A stretch of DNA of 60,226 nucleotides from a virus (taxonomy: Duplodnaviria > Caudoviricetes). The stretch covers positions 1-60,226 of the IMG/VR virus record IMGVR_UViG_3300025018_000009; one strand, given 5' to 3'. The position numbers and the translations under genes were made by a program. Under the pieces are notes generated by a model, which did not search any database, had not been told where the DNA came from, and saw only the letters and a program-made list of their open reading frames with translations. Within the stretch, counting starts at the first letter, position 1, and each line of letters starts with the position of its first letter. This document shows, in pieces, positions 39,587 through 48,705 of the stretch.

Positions 39587-41045
39587 TTCGGGCGAACCGC
39601 AATGCGAGTTCAAGTGCGGTTGGTGCAGCGCGACGACTGTTCTTCCCGGCGACGCGATCGACGAGTTTTTCAAAACCGAGATCGTCCCGCAAATGGAATG
39701 TCAGTCGTGTCATCGCGTAGGTGAACCGGAATCAAACAACAGGACAAGCGGCACAATCACCGGGCGCATGGCATCGGGCGGTCGCGTGTCACCGAACATT
39801 CAGTCGTTCCCACACATTCCGGGTCAACGACGCATGAACATGATCGGCACCCCGCAAGGCCGCAATCATTACGAGGAACTGCATCGAGAACTAAACATCG
39901 GACAGTATCGGCGCGAGATCGAAGGTACATGGGTCGGCGACGACGAATCGTTGTTCGTGTTCCCGCAGATTGTTCGCACGCATCGATTGGAAGGCGCGGA
40001 GTTGATCGCGTACGAAGCGGATCGCCCAATCGGGAGATTCGTCGCGTTCGGTATTCTCGAGCGATCGGGCGGTCGAGGCAGCGGACAACCCGATCAGGTT
40101 CTGCACACAACCGATTCGTTCGTAGCGTCCGACGCATTGAGGAATAGGCAGGAAGTCGCCGCAATCATCGAAGGGGACAACGGGGCTTTCTACGCACCGA
40201 TTCATCAAATGGATGTTTCGATAACGAGGGGAAGCCCGAACACATACCCCGAGGTGAAATACGAAATAATTGTTCGATCGATGTCGCGTCTAATGACTAC
40301 GCAAATCGAAGTTCGAGGCCATGCAGTCATGCGACCCGATCGCATCGTGCCGTTGTCTGAAACTCCCCCGCCTGAACCTCCGAGCCATGTGAATTGTCGA
40401 TCAACACGCGTTCCGATCATGGAGCGCAGCGAAGTTCGACTTGGCGGCGAAGGTATCGAAATGACCGACAGCGGCACGATTGAAATCAACGGCGAGCAAC
40501 ATCGAATCGTCCCCGGATCATTGAGAATCGAAACGCACCCGAATCGTGCAGTCGAAACAACGGTTCAGGTCGAACGACCGATCAATAACAGCGCCCCGTA
40601 TGTTTCGTCGCTCGAAGCCGACCGAATGGCGAGGCAGGCAAGATTAGGCGCATCGTTCGGCATGGGATCGCAACGCCTCGCAGCACAGCGGAACGCAGCG
40701 CAACAAGCACGCGAAGCGTCGAAGGAAATCGCAAACGCACTCGGCGGCATGAGAGAAACAGCGACGAACGCAGCGATAGCGAGGCAAGGAGTCGAATCAT
40801 CGATGCGCGATGCAGCATCACACATAGCCGACTCAATGATCGGCAGCATCCTCGGTCGAGCGCTCGGTCAGCATGTCGATCAAATAATCGCGGACGACCT
40901 CGGCGCTCGCACAAACGATCATTCGGCAAATGCACTTCGGTATACGACCGAATCGTTTCGACCGCTCAAATCACATCCCGGATCGACATATTCACCGATT
41001 CGATTCACTGAACCGTCGGCAACAACAAGAATCAGGAAAGCATGA
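39552..41045 (+). CDS. Hypothetical protein with N-terminal Zn ribbon and isolated motifs resembling terminase, PolA and head proteins
   Basis: CGWC..CQSC; see findings. Confidence 0.65.
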   Translation: MKILRQIPTPSDSGEPQCEFKCGWCSATTVLPGDAIDEFFKTEIVPQMECQSCHRVGEPESNNRTSGTITGRMASGGRVSPNIQSFPHIPGQRRMNMIGTPQGRNHYEELHRELNIGQYRREIEGTWVGDDESLFVFPQIVRTHRLEGAELIAYEADRPIGRFVAFGILERSGGRGSGQPDQVLHTTDSFVASDALRNRQEVAAIIEGDNGAFYAPIHQMDVSITRGSPNTYPEVKYEIIVRSMSRLMTTQIEVRGHAVMRPDRIVPLSETPPPEPPSHVNCRSTRVPIMERSEVRLGGEGIEMTDSGTIEINGEQHRIVPGSLRIETHPNRAVETTVQVERPINNSAPYVSSLEADRMARQARLGASFGMGSQRLAAQRNAAQQAREASKEIANALGGMRETATNAAIARQGVESSMRDAASHIADSMIGSILGRALGQHVDQIIADDLGARTNDHSANALRYTTESFRPLKSHPGSTYSPIRFTEPSATTRIRKA

Positions 41046-41785
41046 TGACAACACAAACAATCTCGATCGGCAATGTGTCCGATCTGGTGTACCCGAAGAA
41101 GCACGAAAACGCAGACCTGACATTCTTCGACCCGCCGTACAACATCGGCATCGACTACGGCGACGATGAAATCCTCAACGACAAGCGCCCCGACGATGAA
41201 TACCTCGCGGACTTCTCGAAATGGATTCACACCGCGAAGCATATGACGCGACCCGGCGGGATCGTTGCGTGCCTTATCAGCGACGAATACGCAAGCGATG
41301 TCGATCTGTTGTTTCGTGAGCATTTCGGCAAAGAGAATCGAATCAATCGAATCGTGTGGCGGGAACGATTCGCACAGTACCGCGAAACGAAGTTCGTCAA
41401 CGAGCATCGGCATTTGTTCTTTTATCGAAAACCCGGAGGCGAAGCGTATTGGTACAACGGTGCAGAAATTCGCGTGCCAAGCGCTCGCATGATCCTCGGC
41501 GACAAACGCGCGAAAGGGCCTCGCGTCCCCGGCGATGTTTGGGAGTGCCCGCGATTGCCCGGAAACGCAAAGGCCCGCGTTGATTGGCACCCCTGCCAGT
41601 TGCACCCGGAACCGTTGAAACGAATCGTATATTCGTTCGTGCCGCCAAACGGCAAAGTCAACGAACTGTTCGCGGGTTCGGGATCGCTCGCGATCGTTTG
41701 CAAACAACTCGGATTGAACTATTGGGGCGTGGACGGCAGCCGCAAGTTCGTACGCGAAGCCCTTCAACGATTGGATGAAGCATGA
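41042..41785 (+). CDS. DNA amino-methyltransferase (N6A/N4C, beta-class motif order)
   Basis: DPPY, HPCQ, ELFAGSG. Confidence 0.9.
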   Translation: MMTTQTISIGNVSDLVYPKKHENADLTFFDPPYNIGIDYGDDEILNDKRPDDEYLADFSKWIHTAKHMTRPGGIVACLISDEYASDVDLLFREHFGKENRINRIVWRERFAQYRETKFVNEHRHLFFYRKPGGEAYWYNGAEIRVPSARMILGDKRAKGPRVPGDVWECPRLPGNAKARVDWHPCQLHPEPLKRIVYSFVPPNGKVNELFAGSGSLAIVCKQLGLNYWGVDGSRKFVREALQRLDEA

Positions 41786-42162
41786 GCAAGATAAAACCGC
41801 ATGACCCGACGAAAGATATCGCCGGCGCTGGCCCGTTCGATGTCGTCAAAGTGTACGAGATCGCATCCGGCAGCGGCACGATGACGACACCGATCCCGTT
41901 GTATCGAGGGCACAAACAGCAAATCGACGCGTTCGCAAACGACAAGGTGATGCCGGATCGATTCGTGTACGCGGTGTTGTGCATGAGTCTCGGTTCGGTC
42001 GTTTCGTCAGTCACGACAAAGCGGGAATGGGATGGATTGCTCGGCGCAATCAGGTACGCGATCGAAAATGTCCCTGATTCAAAGTGGGGCACAAACGACA
42101 AAGTTCATCGATGGATCAGGGACGGGGCTTGACCGACCCGAAATACATGATAGGATATTGAC

Positions 42163-42552
42163 ATGGCAGACAAGTCAGCACTAAACAGAGTCAAGATGCC
42201 CGATCAGCGCGCCGGCGATACCCGGAAAGTGCAAGTCGGAGGTTGGGAACTCTATATCATCGTGAACTATTTCGACAATGACCAACCGGGCGAGGTGTTC
42301 GTCACAGTTGGCAAAAACGGAACGACGGTCAGCGGGTTGATGCAGACGATTGCTACGCAGTTCAGTATGTTGTTGCAAGCGGGTGTTCCGTGCGCACGAA
42401 TCTGCGAAAACATGAAGCACCACAAGTTCGAGCCGCGCGATGAGTCGTTTGATTCGCTCGTCGATGCGCTCCAATCTACGGTGCTGCAATCTTGCAGCGA
42501 TCGAGGATCACAAACTGACCTCGACCACTCAACGAAAGAGGTAAAGTGGTGA
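42163..42552 (+). CDS. Stand-alone TSCPD-like domain (class II ribonucleotide reductase C-terminal module)
   Basis: LYIIVN...PGEVFVTVGKNG...SMLLQAGVP....FEP....SLVD. Confidence 0.7.
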   Translation: MADKSALNRVKMPDQRAGDTRKVQVGGWELYIIVNYFDNDQPGEVFVTVGKNGTTVSGLMQTIATQFSMLLQAGVPCARICENMKHHKFEPRDESFDSLVDALQSTVLQSCSDRGSQTDLDHSTKEVKW

Positions 42553-42827
42553 CGACAGCAACCAGAAAAAATAAAAAGCAAATCAAGTTCGCGGTGAAAA
42601 CCGTCGAAACGATTTACGAAATCGACGGCGACAAGTTTCGTCGCGCAATCGAATCGGCGGGTTTGAAACAAGCCGATATCGCCGAAGCGTGCGGGCACAA
42701 AGACGCGACCCGCGTTTGTCATATCGCTCGCAAGGGCAAACAACGAATCAGCGGCGAAAAACTCGCGTGCATGATCGCATGTATGCGTGAAGCCGGAATC
42801 GTCGTGGAGGGATTCGACGATGAGTGA
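42546..42827 (+). CDS. XRE-like helix-turn-helix protein
   Basis: AGLKQADIAEACG pattern. Confidence 0.55.
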   Translation: MVTTATRKNKKQIKFAVKTVETIYEIDGDKFRRAIESAGLKQADIAEACGHKDATRVCHIARKGKQRISGEKLACMIACMREAGIVVEGFDDE

Positions 42828-43422
42828 TTCAACTCCAAACCTCGATCATATTTGCGATGACCTGAAACCGCTCGCGATCCCGATGGACGCGATCGATTTG
42901 ATGGACGGCAACCCTCGCGATCACGATGACAAGTCGATCGAAGCAATCGCGGCGAGTTTGAAGATTTTCAAACAGACAAAGCCGATCGTTCTCAGCGCCG
43001 ACGGGCGAGTCATCATCGCAGGCAACGGCACATATCAAGCCGCGAAGTTGCTCGGGTGGACACACATCGCAGCGAACAAATCGCACCTCGAAGGCGAAGA
43101 AGCCCTTGCGTACGCAATCGCAGACAATCGCACAGCCGAACTATCGCAGTTCGACTACGACATTGTGGGCGCTGCAATGAAGGGCATGAGTGATTCGATG
43201 CAATCGAACCTCGGGTTCAGCGATGACGAGATCAAATCGATTCTCGAAGGGAACGGCCTCGACGGGGGCGCAAACGAAACAGAACTCAAAGGCGAAGAAC
43301 CTGACGCAATGGGCGATGTCGAATATCGCGTGCTCGTCATGCTCGACAACGCGGACGACCAATCCGAGTTGATCGCACGCCTTGAAGATGAGGGGTACAC
43401 ATGCCAACCATTGATGTCGTAG
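42820..43422 (+). CDS. ParB/Srx-like N-terminal domain protein
   Basis: NPRDH..IAASL..F.QTKPI..IIAGNG..AA..LG..IADNRTAE. Confidence 0.85.
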   Translation: MSDSTPNLDHICDDLKPLAIPMDAIDLMDGNPRDHDDKSIEAIAASLKIFKQTKPIVLSADGRVIIAGNGTYQAAKLLGWTHIAANKSHLEGEEALAYAIADNRTAELSQFDYDIVGAAMKGMSDSMQSNLGFSDDEIKSILEGNGLDGGANETELKGEEPDAMGDVEYRVLVMLDNADDQSELIARLEDEGYTCQPLMS

Positions 43423-44507
43423 TTGAATCCGGGATCGATCTTTCAGTCCGTGCGCGTCAAGTGTGCGGGATGTTCGATTGCCCGCCCGAAGAAAAGCAAG
43501 TGCTGAAATGGCAAGCCGAACTCCCGATCGAGGATGATCCTTGGTCGATCGGTTTGATTGTCGGGCCTTCGGGTTGCGGCAAAACCACCGTCGCGAATCA
43601 CCTTTGGCGTGACGAAATGGAACGCAAGCCCGATTGGGACAAACCAACGGTGATTGATTGTTTCAGTTCAGGAGTCGAAGCAACAGCGCAAGCATTGAAC
43701 GCGGTCGGGTTCTCGACTGTGCCTGCGTGGTTGCGACCGTATCAGGTGTTGAGCAACGGCGAGAAGTTTCGCGCCGATATGGCACGACGAATCGTTGAGC
43801 AAGACGGGTTGATCGTCGTCGATGAATTCACATCGGTAGTCGATCGACAGGTTGCAAAGATCGCATCGCACGCGATTCAGAAATACATTCGCAGACAGAA
43901 CAAACAAATGGTCGCGGTGTCGTGCCATGACGACATTATCGATTGGCTACAACCGGATTGGATTTTCCGGCCAGACGAACGAGTGTTCGAGCGGAGGTCG
44001 GTTCGATCCCGGCCAACGGTCGAAATCGAAGTGGCGAGAATCCCCTACGACGCGTGGCAATTATTCGCACCGTATCACTATCTGACTGCTGAACTCAACA
44101 AAGCGGCTCGATGCTTTGGTTTGTGGGTCAACGGGAACCTTGCCGCGTTCGGCGGGGTGCTGCATCGACCGCACCCGAAAACGAAGAACATCAAGGGCCT
44201 GAGTCGGCTTGTGACGCTGCCGGATTATCAAGGGCTTGGCCTCGGGTTCGTGTTGAGTGAAACGCTCGGCGAAGCGTACACGGCCCTCGGGTTCAGGTAT
44301 CGCAACTACCCGGCGCATCCGGGGTTCGTGCGTTCGTATCGCAAAGAGAAATGGTTGATGGTCAAACGCGCCGGGAAGATCGATCAAAAACCATCGACGC
44401 AGAACATCAAGAATTTCGCGAAGTTGCGACCGTGTGCGGTGATGGAATATATCGGCCCGAAAATGGACGCGGACGCAGCGAAGAAACTGATTGAAGGTGT
44501 CAAATGA
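43401..44507 (+). CDS. ABC-type ATPase fused to GNAT-like acetyltransferase
   Basis: GPSGCGKT, LSNGE, VVDEF, SCH; C-terminal HYL and SRLVTLPDYQGLGLG. Confidence 0.85.
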   Translation: MPTIDVVVESGIDLSVRARQVCGMFDCPPEEKQVLKWQAELPIEDDPWSIGLIVGPSGCGKTTVANHLWRDEMERKPDWDKPTVIDCFSSGVEATAQALNAVGFSTVPAWLRPYQVLSNGEKFRADMARRIVEQDGLIVVDEFTSVVDRQVAKIASHAIQKYIRRQNKQMVAVSCHDDIIDWLQPDWIFRPDERVFERRSVRSRPTVEIEVARIPYDAWQLFAPYHYLTAELNKAARCFGLWVNGNLAAFGGVLHRPHPKTKNIKGLSRLVTLPDYQGLGLGFVLSETLGEAYTALGFRYRNYPAHPGFVRSYRKEKWLMVKRAGKIDQKPSTQNIKNFAKLRPCAVMEYIGPKMDADAAKKLIEGVK

Positions 44508-45283
44508 ATCTGAATCACATTGTCGAGGATTTGCACGCGCTTGCGGTTCGTGTCGATTCGTTGCAGTTCATGGACAACAACCCTCGCGTGCATGACGACC
44601 GTTCGTTCGATGCGATTTGTCGAAGCGTGAAAAAGTTCAAGCAAACGAAGCCGATCGTACTCGCGAACGATGGGCGTACGGTGTTGGCGGGGAACGGTAC
44701 GCTTGAGGTGGCGCGTCGCATGGGGTGGGAGTTCATCGCAGCATCGAAATCGGAACTCAGCGCGGGCAGCGCCGAAGCAATGGCGTACGCGATCGCGGAC
44801 AATCGCACGACTGACCTTTCGTATTTCGATCAAACGATCATCGACGACGCGATGAGGGCATTCGACGACACGCTCAGGGACGCGTCAGGGTTCATCGACA
44901 GCATCTTCGAGGTCGAGGGCGGGAACGAGGGTCAAACGCAGCACGGGGCGTCTGAGGGCGTTTCAGCGAACAACAGCGATAGCGTGTCAGAAACGCGGGC
45001 GCAAGGCATCACACAAGAGGCCGACCTCCCTGAAATTGTGCGTAGCGCCGAAACAAGCGAGGTTGGTCACTCGGTAAGCGACGAATCGGGTTCAAGCGCC
45101 GAAACAACAGCACCGGCGGTACGCGTTGCGTCGATTCGATACGATCTGGTTTTCGAGGACGATTCGGATCAGCAAGAGTTTTTCGAGTTCACCCGCTGGC
45201 TTCGCGCCAAGTACCCCGACATTTCAACGGTGGGAGGGCGCATCGTTGAATGGTTGAGAACGGAGGCCCCGGCATGGGGATGA
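44504..45283 (+). CDS. Second ParB/Srx-like domain protein
   Basis: NPRVH..FKQTKPIVL..VLAGNG..YAIADNRT; paralog of 42820-43422. Confidence 0.85.
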   Translation: MNLNHIVEDLHALAVRVDSLQFMDNNPRVHDDRSFDAICRSVKKFKQTKPIVLANDGRTVLAGNGTLEVARRMGWEFIAASKSELSAGSAEAMAYAIADNRTTDLSYFDQTIIDDAMRAFDDTLRDASGFIDSIFEVEGGNEGQTQHGASEGVSANNSDSVSETRAQGITQEADLPEIVRSAETSEVGHSVSDESGSSAETTAPAVRVASIRYDLVFEDDSDQQEFFEFTRWLRAKYPDISTVGGRIVEWLRTEAPAWG

Positions 45284-45645
45284 CACCCGAACAACGCAAA
45301 CAGGCAAACGCGATGCTCGCCGTCCTGGGTCGTCGCGACAAACTCGAATCAGATATCAAACTTTGGATCGAACAACACCCGCAAGATTGGGTCGAGCGAT
45401 TGAACGAAATCCTTCGCACGCATGACGACGAAAAAACTCAACTCGATCAAATGATCGTCAACTCGTTCGTGCTGTTCGGCGCAATGACGATCATCAACGG
45501 GTTTCGCGAGGAAATCGTCGAAGGATGGCGCGAAGGACGCGACCCGACGCGACCTACAGGCGACGGGAACGAAATTTCTGATTGGTGAATCGTGCGGGAT
45601 TCACAGCAATCGATGATTCTACAAAAATGTGCGATATTCCGAACA

Positions 45646-45682
45646 TGACTTGATTGACAAGTCAAGTTTGTCGATGTACCAT
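45646..45682 (+). promoter_or_regulatory. Promoter TTGACA-N17-TACCAT with perfect palindrome
   Basis: Direct sequence match. Confidence 0.75.
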
Positions 45683-45740
45683 GTATCAACGGGTGAACAA
45701 GGCACCCGCGACACAAGGCGACAAACACAAGGAACAAATC

Positions 45741-46874
45741 ATGCCTCGCACATTCAACCTCAACACCGACGGAATCCTCACTCAACGCCCGAACCACATC
45801 CCGCAGGATGTTTGGGTCAAGTACACTCGACACATTGCACAGAAAGATTCGGCGTGCCCGATCGCGATTCGTGCTGAGGATTTGACTTTCGGCGTTGAAA
45901 TCGAAACGCATATCACCAACGACGCGAGCGCACAACCCAGATCGTATCACAGCGGGCACACAACCGGGCACCTCCCCGCATTCAATGACGGCATCGGTTC
46001 GCATCGTTGGGGAGCCGAACGCGATTCGTCGATTCAAACAGGTCGTTCGGGTCGCTACGGGGCTGAATACATTTCACCGATCCTCAAAGGCGAACGCGGA
46101 CTTCGCAACCTGATGGATGTCGTTTCGGTGTTGAAGGCAGGCACAAACGAAACGCTCGAAATCAGTCACACAAACGATCGCGGCGAGGTCATCAACGAAA
46201 CATTCACCGGCCAAGGCGCTCGCGTCAATCGTTCATGCGGGGTTCACATCCATGTCGGGTTCCCAACGAACGACCTCAAAGCGTTGCAGCGATTGGTTGC
46301 CCTCGTCGCGTCGCTCGAAGAAGGCATCTACGCATCCACCGGATCGACTCGCAGGCGCAACGGAACCTACTCGCGTCCGATCAAGAATCGCGACGAACGC
46401 AAAGACGCGCAGAAGATCAAGCAACGCGACGATTTCAATCGCGTTTGGTGCAACGGGTCATACAGCGAACGCTACTTCGGGTTGAACCTTGTGAATCTGA
46501 TTCGAGGTCGTCGCCCTGCGGTTGAGTTCCGGTTCTTCTCCGGGTCATTGAACCCGATCAAGATAGCCGCATGGACGCAAATGTGCCTCGGGCTTGTGCA
46601 ACTCGCATTGAGCGCCCAGCGCTCGGCCCCTTGGGATTCAAAGCCCGCATCAAACTGGTACGGAAAAGACAAGACGCAATCAGAACGCGAAGTGCAACGA
46701 CTCATGCAGAAACTCGGTTGGGTGTACAAACGCGACAACAACACATTCGGCACATTGGGAATCCTCGCCGAAGGCGGGAACGCACCGAAGCGCATGACGA
46801 TGGTTCGGGAAATGCGTCGCCTCGCTCGTCAGTACGACGATCAGATCGAATCGGGTTCGGACGAACTCGGATGA
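45741..46874 (+). CDS. Putative amidoligase (COOH-NH2 ligase family)
   Basis: TFGVEIE, DSSI, EYISPIL, SCGVHIHVG, RY..LN, VEFRFF. Confidence 0.88.
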   Translation: MPRTFNLNTDGILTQRPNHIPQDVWVKYTRHIAQKDSACPIAIRAEDLTFGVEIETHITNDASAQPRSYHSGHTTGHLPAFNDGIGSHRWGAERDSSIQTGRSGRYGAEYISPILKGERGLRNLMDVVSVLKAGTNETLEISHTNDRGEVINETFTGQGARVNRSCGVHIHVGFPTNDLKALQRLVALVASLEEGIYASTGSTRRRNGTYSRPIKNRDERKDAQKIKQRDDFNRVWCNGSYSERYFGLNLVNLIRGRRPAVEFRFFSGSLNPIKIAAWTQMCLGLVQLALSAQRSAPWDSKPASNWYGKDKTQSEREVQRLMQKLGWVYKRDNNTFGTLGILAEGGNAPKRMTMVREMRRLARQYDDQIESGSDELG

Positions 46875-47000
46875 ACCTTGTGTGGGCGGGTCGAGTCGGG
46901 AACGGCTCTCCGTCCCTTCCTTGTGTGCTTGGCGGCGTGAAATCGATTCGCCGTCAAGCCATTCAAATCAATCATCAACGCATCACACAAGGAGACGACG

Positions 47001-47669
47001 ATGCAAGATCAAACATGGAACCAACAACAGCGATCGCACGAAGAATGTGAATGCGTGTTCGTGTACGGGACGCTTCGCGAAGGTCAGGGCAACAACTACC
47101 GAATCACAGGCGACCCCGGATGCAAGAAAATCGGCACAGGCGAAACGGTTCGCGACGATCGATTCAAGATGTACGGTGCATCGGCGTGCTTCCCGTATGT
47201 GACTGTTGGTGCTGACGACGAAACAGGAACGATCGTCGGCGATGTTTACGAAGTCACACTCGGCGCGTTCGCATCATGCGATCGACTCGAAGGGTACCCG
47301 CATCACTACACCCGCGAGATCGTCGAGGTTCGTATCGGTGAAGGTCGCATCGTCAAAGCATGGATGTATGTCGTGCATGATACCGAACTGCTCAGAACCG
47401 TTCGGATGGATCATGTACCCTCGGGCGATTGGGTCGAAGCACGAACCGAATACATCGAACAAGAACAACAGGCGATGCAAGAAATGGTTCAACCGATCGC
47501 GTTCGAGGACGACGAAGAAGAAGAATACGAAATCGCGGACGACGAGTTCGACGACGATGATTTCGACGACGACGATGATTTCGAGTTGGACGATGACGGT
47601 CGCGGCGATTGGGACGACTCAGCGAACGAGTTCAACTACGAATCGCTGAACAAGAAAGGCGGCGAATGA
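47001..47669 (+). CDS. Gamma-glutamylcyclotransferase (AIG2-like) with acidic tail
   Basis: FVYGTLREG..N, GDVY, DRLEGYP..Y.R, AWMY, SGDW. Confidence 0.88.
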   Translation: MQDQTWNQQQRSHEECECVFVYGTLREGQGNNYRITGDPGCKKIGTGETVRDDRFKMYGASACFPYVTVGADDETGTIVGDVYEVTLGAFASCDRLEGYPHHYTREIVEVRIGEGRIVKAWMYVVHDTELLRTVRMDHVPSGDWVEARTEYIEQEQQAMQEMVQPIAFEDDEEEEYEIADDEFDDDDFDDDDDFELDDDGRGDWDDSANEFNYESLNKKGGE

Positions 47670-47670
47670 T

Positions 47671-48576
47671 ATGTGTGGAATCGCAGGCGCATTCAAAATG
47701 AGTTCGGGTCGAATCACGATCAGTTCATTGCAGAAAATCGCAATCGGAATCGAAAAACGAGGCCCGCACGCATGGGGCATGAGTTGGATCGACGGCATCG
47801 GTCGCATTCATTCGTACAAAGCACCGGGACGCATCACCGAAGGATTGTTTTTGATTCAGCAGTTGAAGGATTTCAACCCGATCGGTGTCATCATGCACAC
47901 CCGATTCAAGACGCACGGCAGCGCCGAGCATAACGCGAACAATCACCCGCACCCAAGCGACGGCGGCTGGTTCGTTCACAACGGGCAAATCCCGAACTGG
48001 CAGGACTTGATCGAAGAACACGAACTCATGCCGTTGACCGATTGCGATTCGGAAGTGCTGGGCTTGATTGCACAGTACAAAGAGGGGTCATTGATTCGGC
48101 GATGGAAATACGCGATCAATCAGACCGATCGCACGCGACCGCTTTGCATGGCGGGGCTTTGGTCGCGTCCGGGTCGTGCCGTACTCGCGAAACGAGGCAA
48201 CCCATTGATGATGAGCGAAGGGCGCTCGGGCAATGTGTACTTTTCGTCGTTGAAAGAGGGGTTGCCGGGGAAACCGAAACGCGCACCTGAATCGACGATC
48301 GCGTGTTTCGATCTCAATCAACGCACGGTATCGCATGAACTTTTGCGTGATTTCATCGACACAAGAATCAAGATCGCAGGAAGCGGCGCTGGCACGCACA
48401 CAGCGATGTCCGCACGCATCGACGCAGGATTCAACACGCGAGGCATCACTGACCGGTACGCGACGACTACGACCGTCCTCGATAACGCGGGCGATCGATT
48501 GAAGTACGAACCGCGTGAAACGAAATCACAACGCAAACGCGCCCGCAAGTTGCATCGCACAAACGATTGGGATTGA
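47671..48576 (+). CDS. Class II glutamine amidotransferase domain protein
   Basis: N-terminal MCGIAG, RG..AWG, HTR..THG, NNHP, HNG, DSE. Confidence 0.88.
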   Translation: MCGIAGAFKMSSGRITISSLQKIAIGIEKRGPHAWGMSWIDGIGRIHSYKAPGRITEGLFLIQQLKDFNPIGVIMHTRFKTHGSAEHNANNHPHPSDGGWFVHNGQIPNWQDLIEEHELMPLTDCDSEVLGLIAQYKEGSLIRRWKYAINQTDRTRPLCMAGLWSRPGRAVLAKRGNPLMMSEGRSGNVYFSSLKEGLPGKPKRAPESTIACFDLNQRTVSHELLRDFIDTRIKIAGSGAGTHTAMSARIDAGFNTRGITDRYATTTTVLDNAGDRLKYEPRETKSQRKRARKLHRTNDWD

Positions 48577-48677
48577 CACCCCTCCCCCCTGCCCCGTAGG
48601 GGATTGTGCGAACTCACCCGACGAAACAACGAGGATTCAAAGGAATCGACGATTCGGAAAATATCTCTAATGAATCG

Positions 48678-48705
48678 TTGACTTGACGAACAAGTCATGT
48701 ACTAT
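48678..48705 (+). promoter_or_regulatory. Promoter TTGACT-N16-TACTAT with palindrome TGACTTG-ACGAA-CAAGTCA
   Basis: Direct sequence match. Confidence 0.65.

Noticed and set aside
42820-45283. Plasmid-prophage ParA/ParB partition system
   Set aside because: The ATPase has ABC-type signatures and a GNAT fusion rather than the ParA deviant Walker A, and the ParB proteins show only the N-terminal domain.
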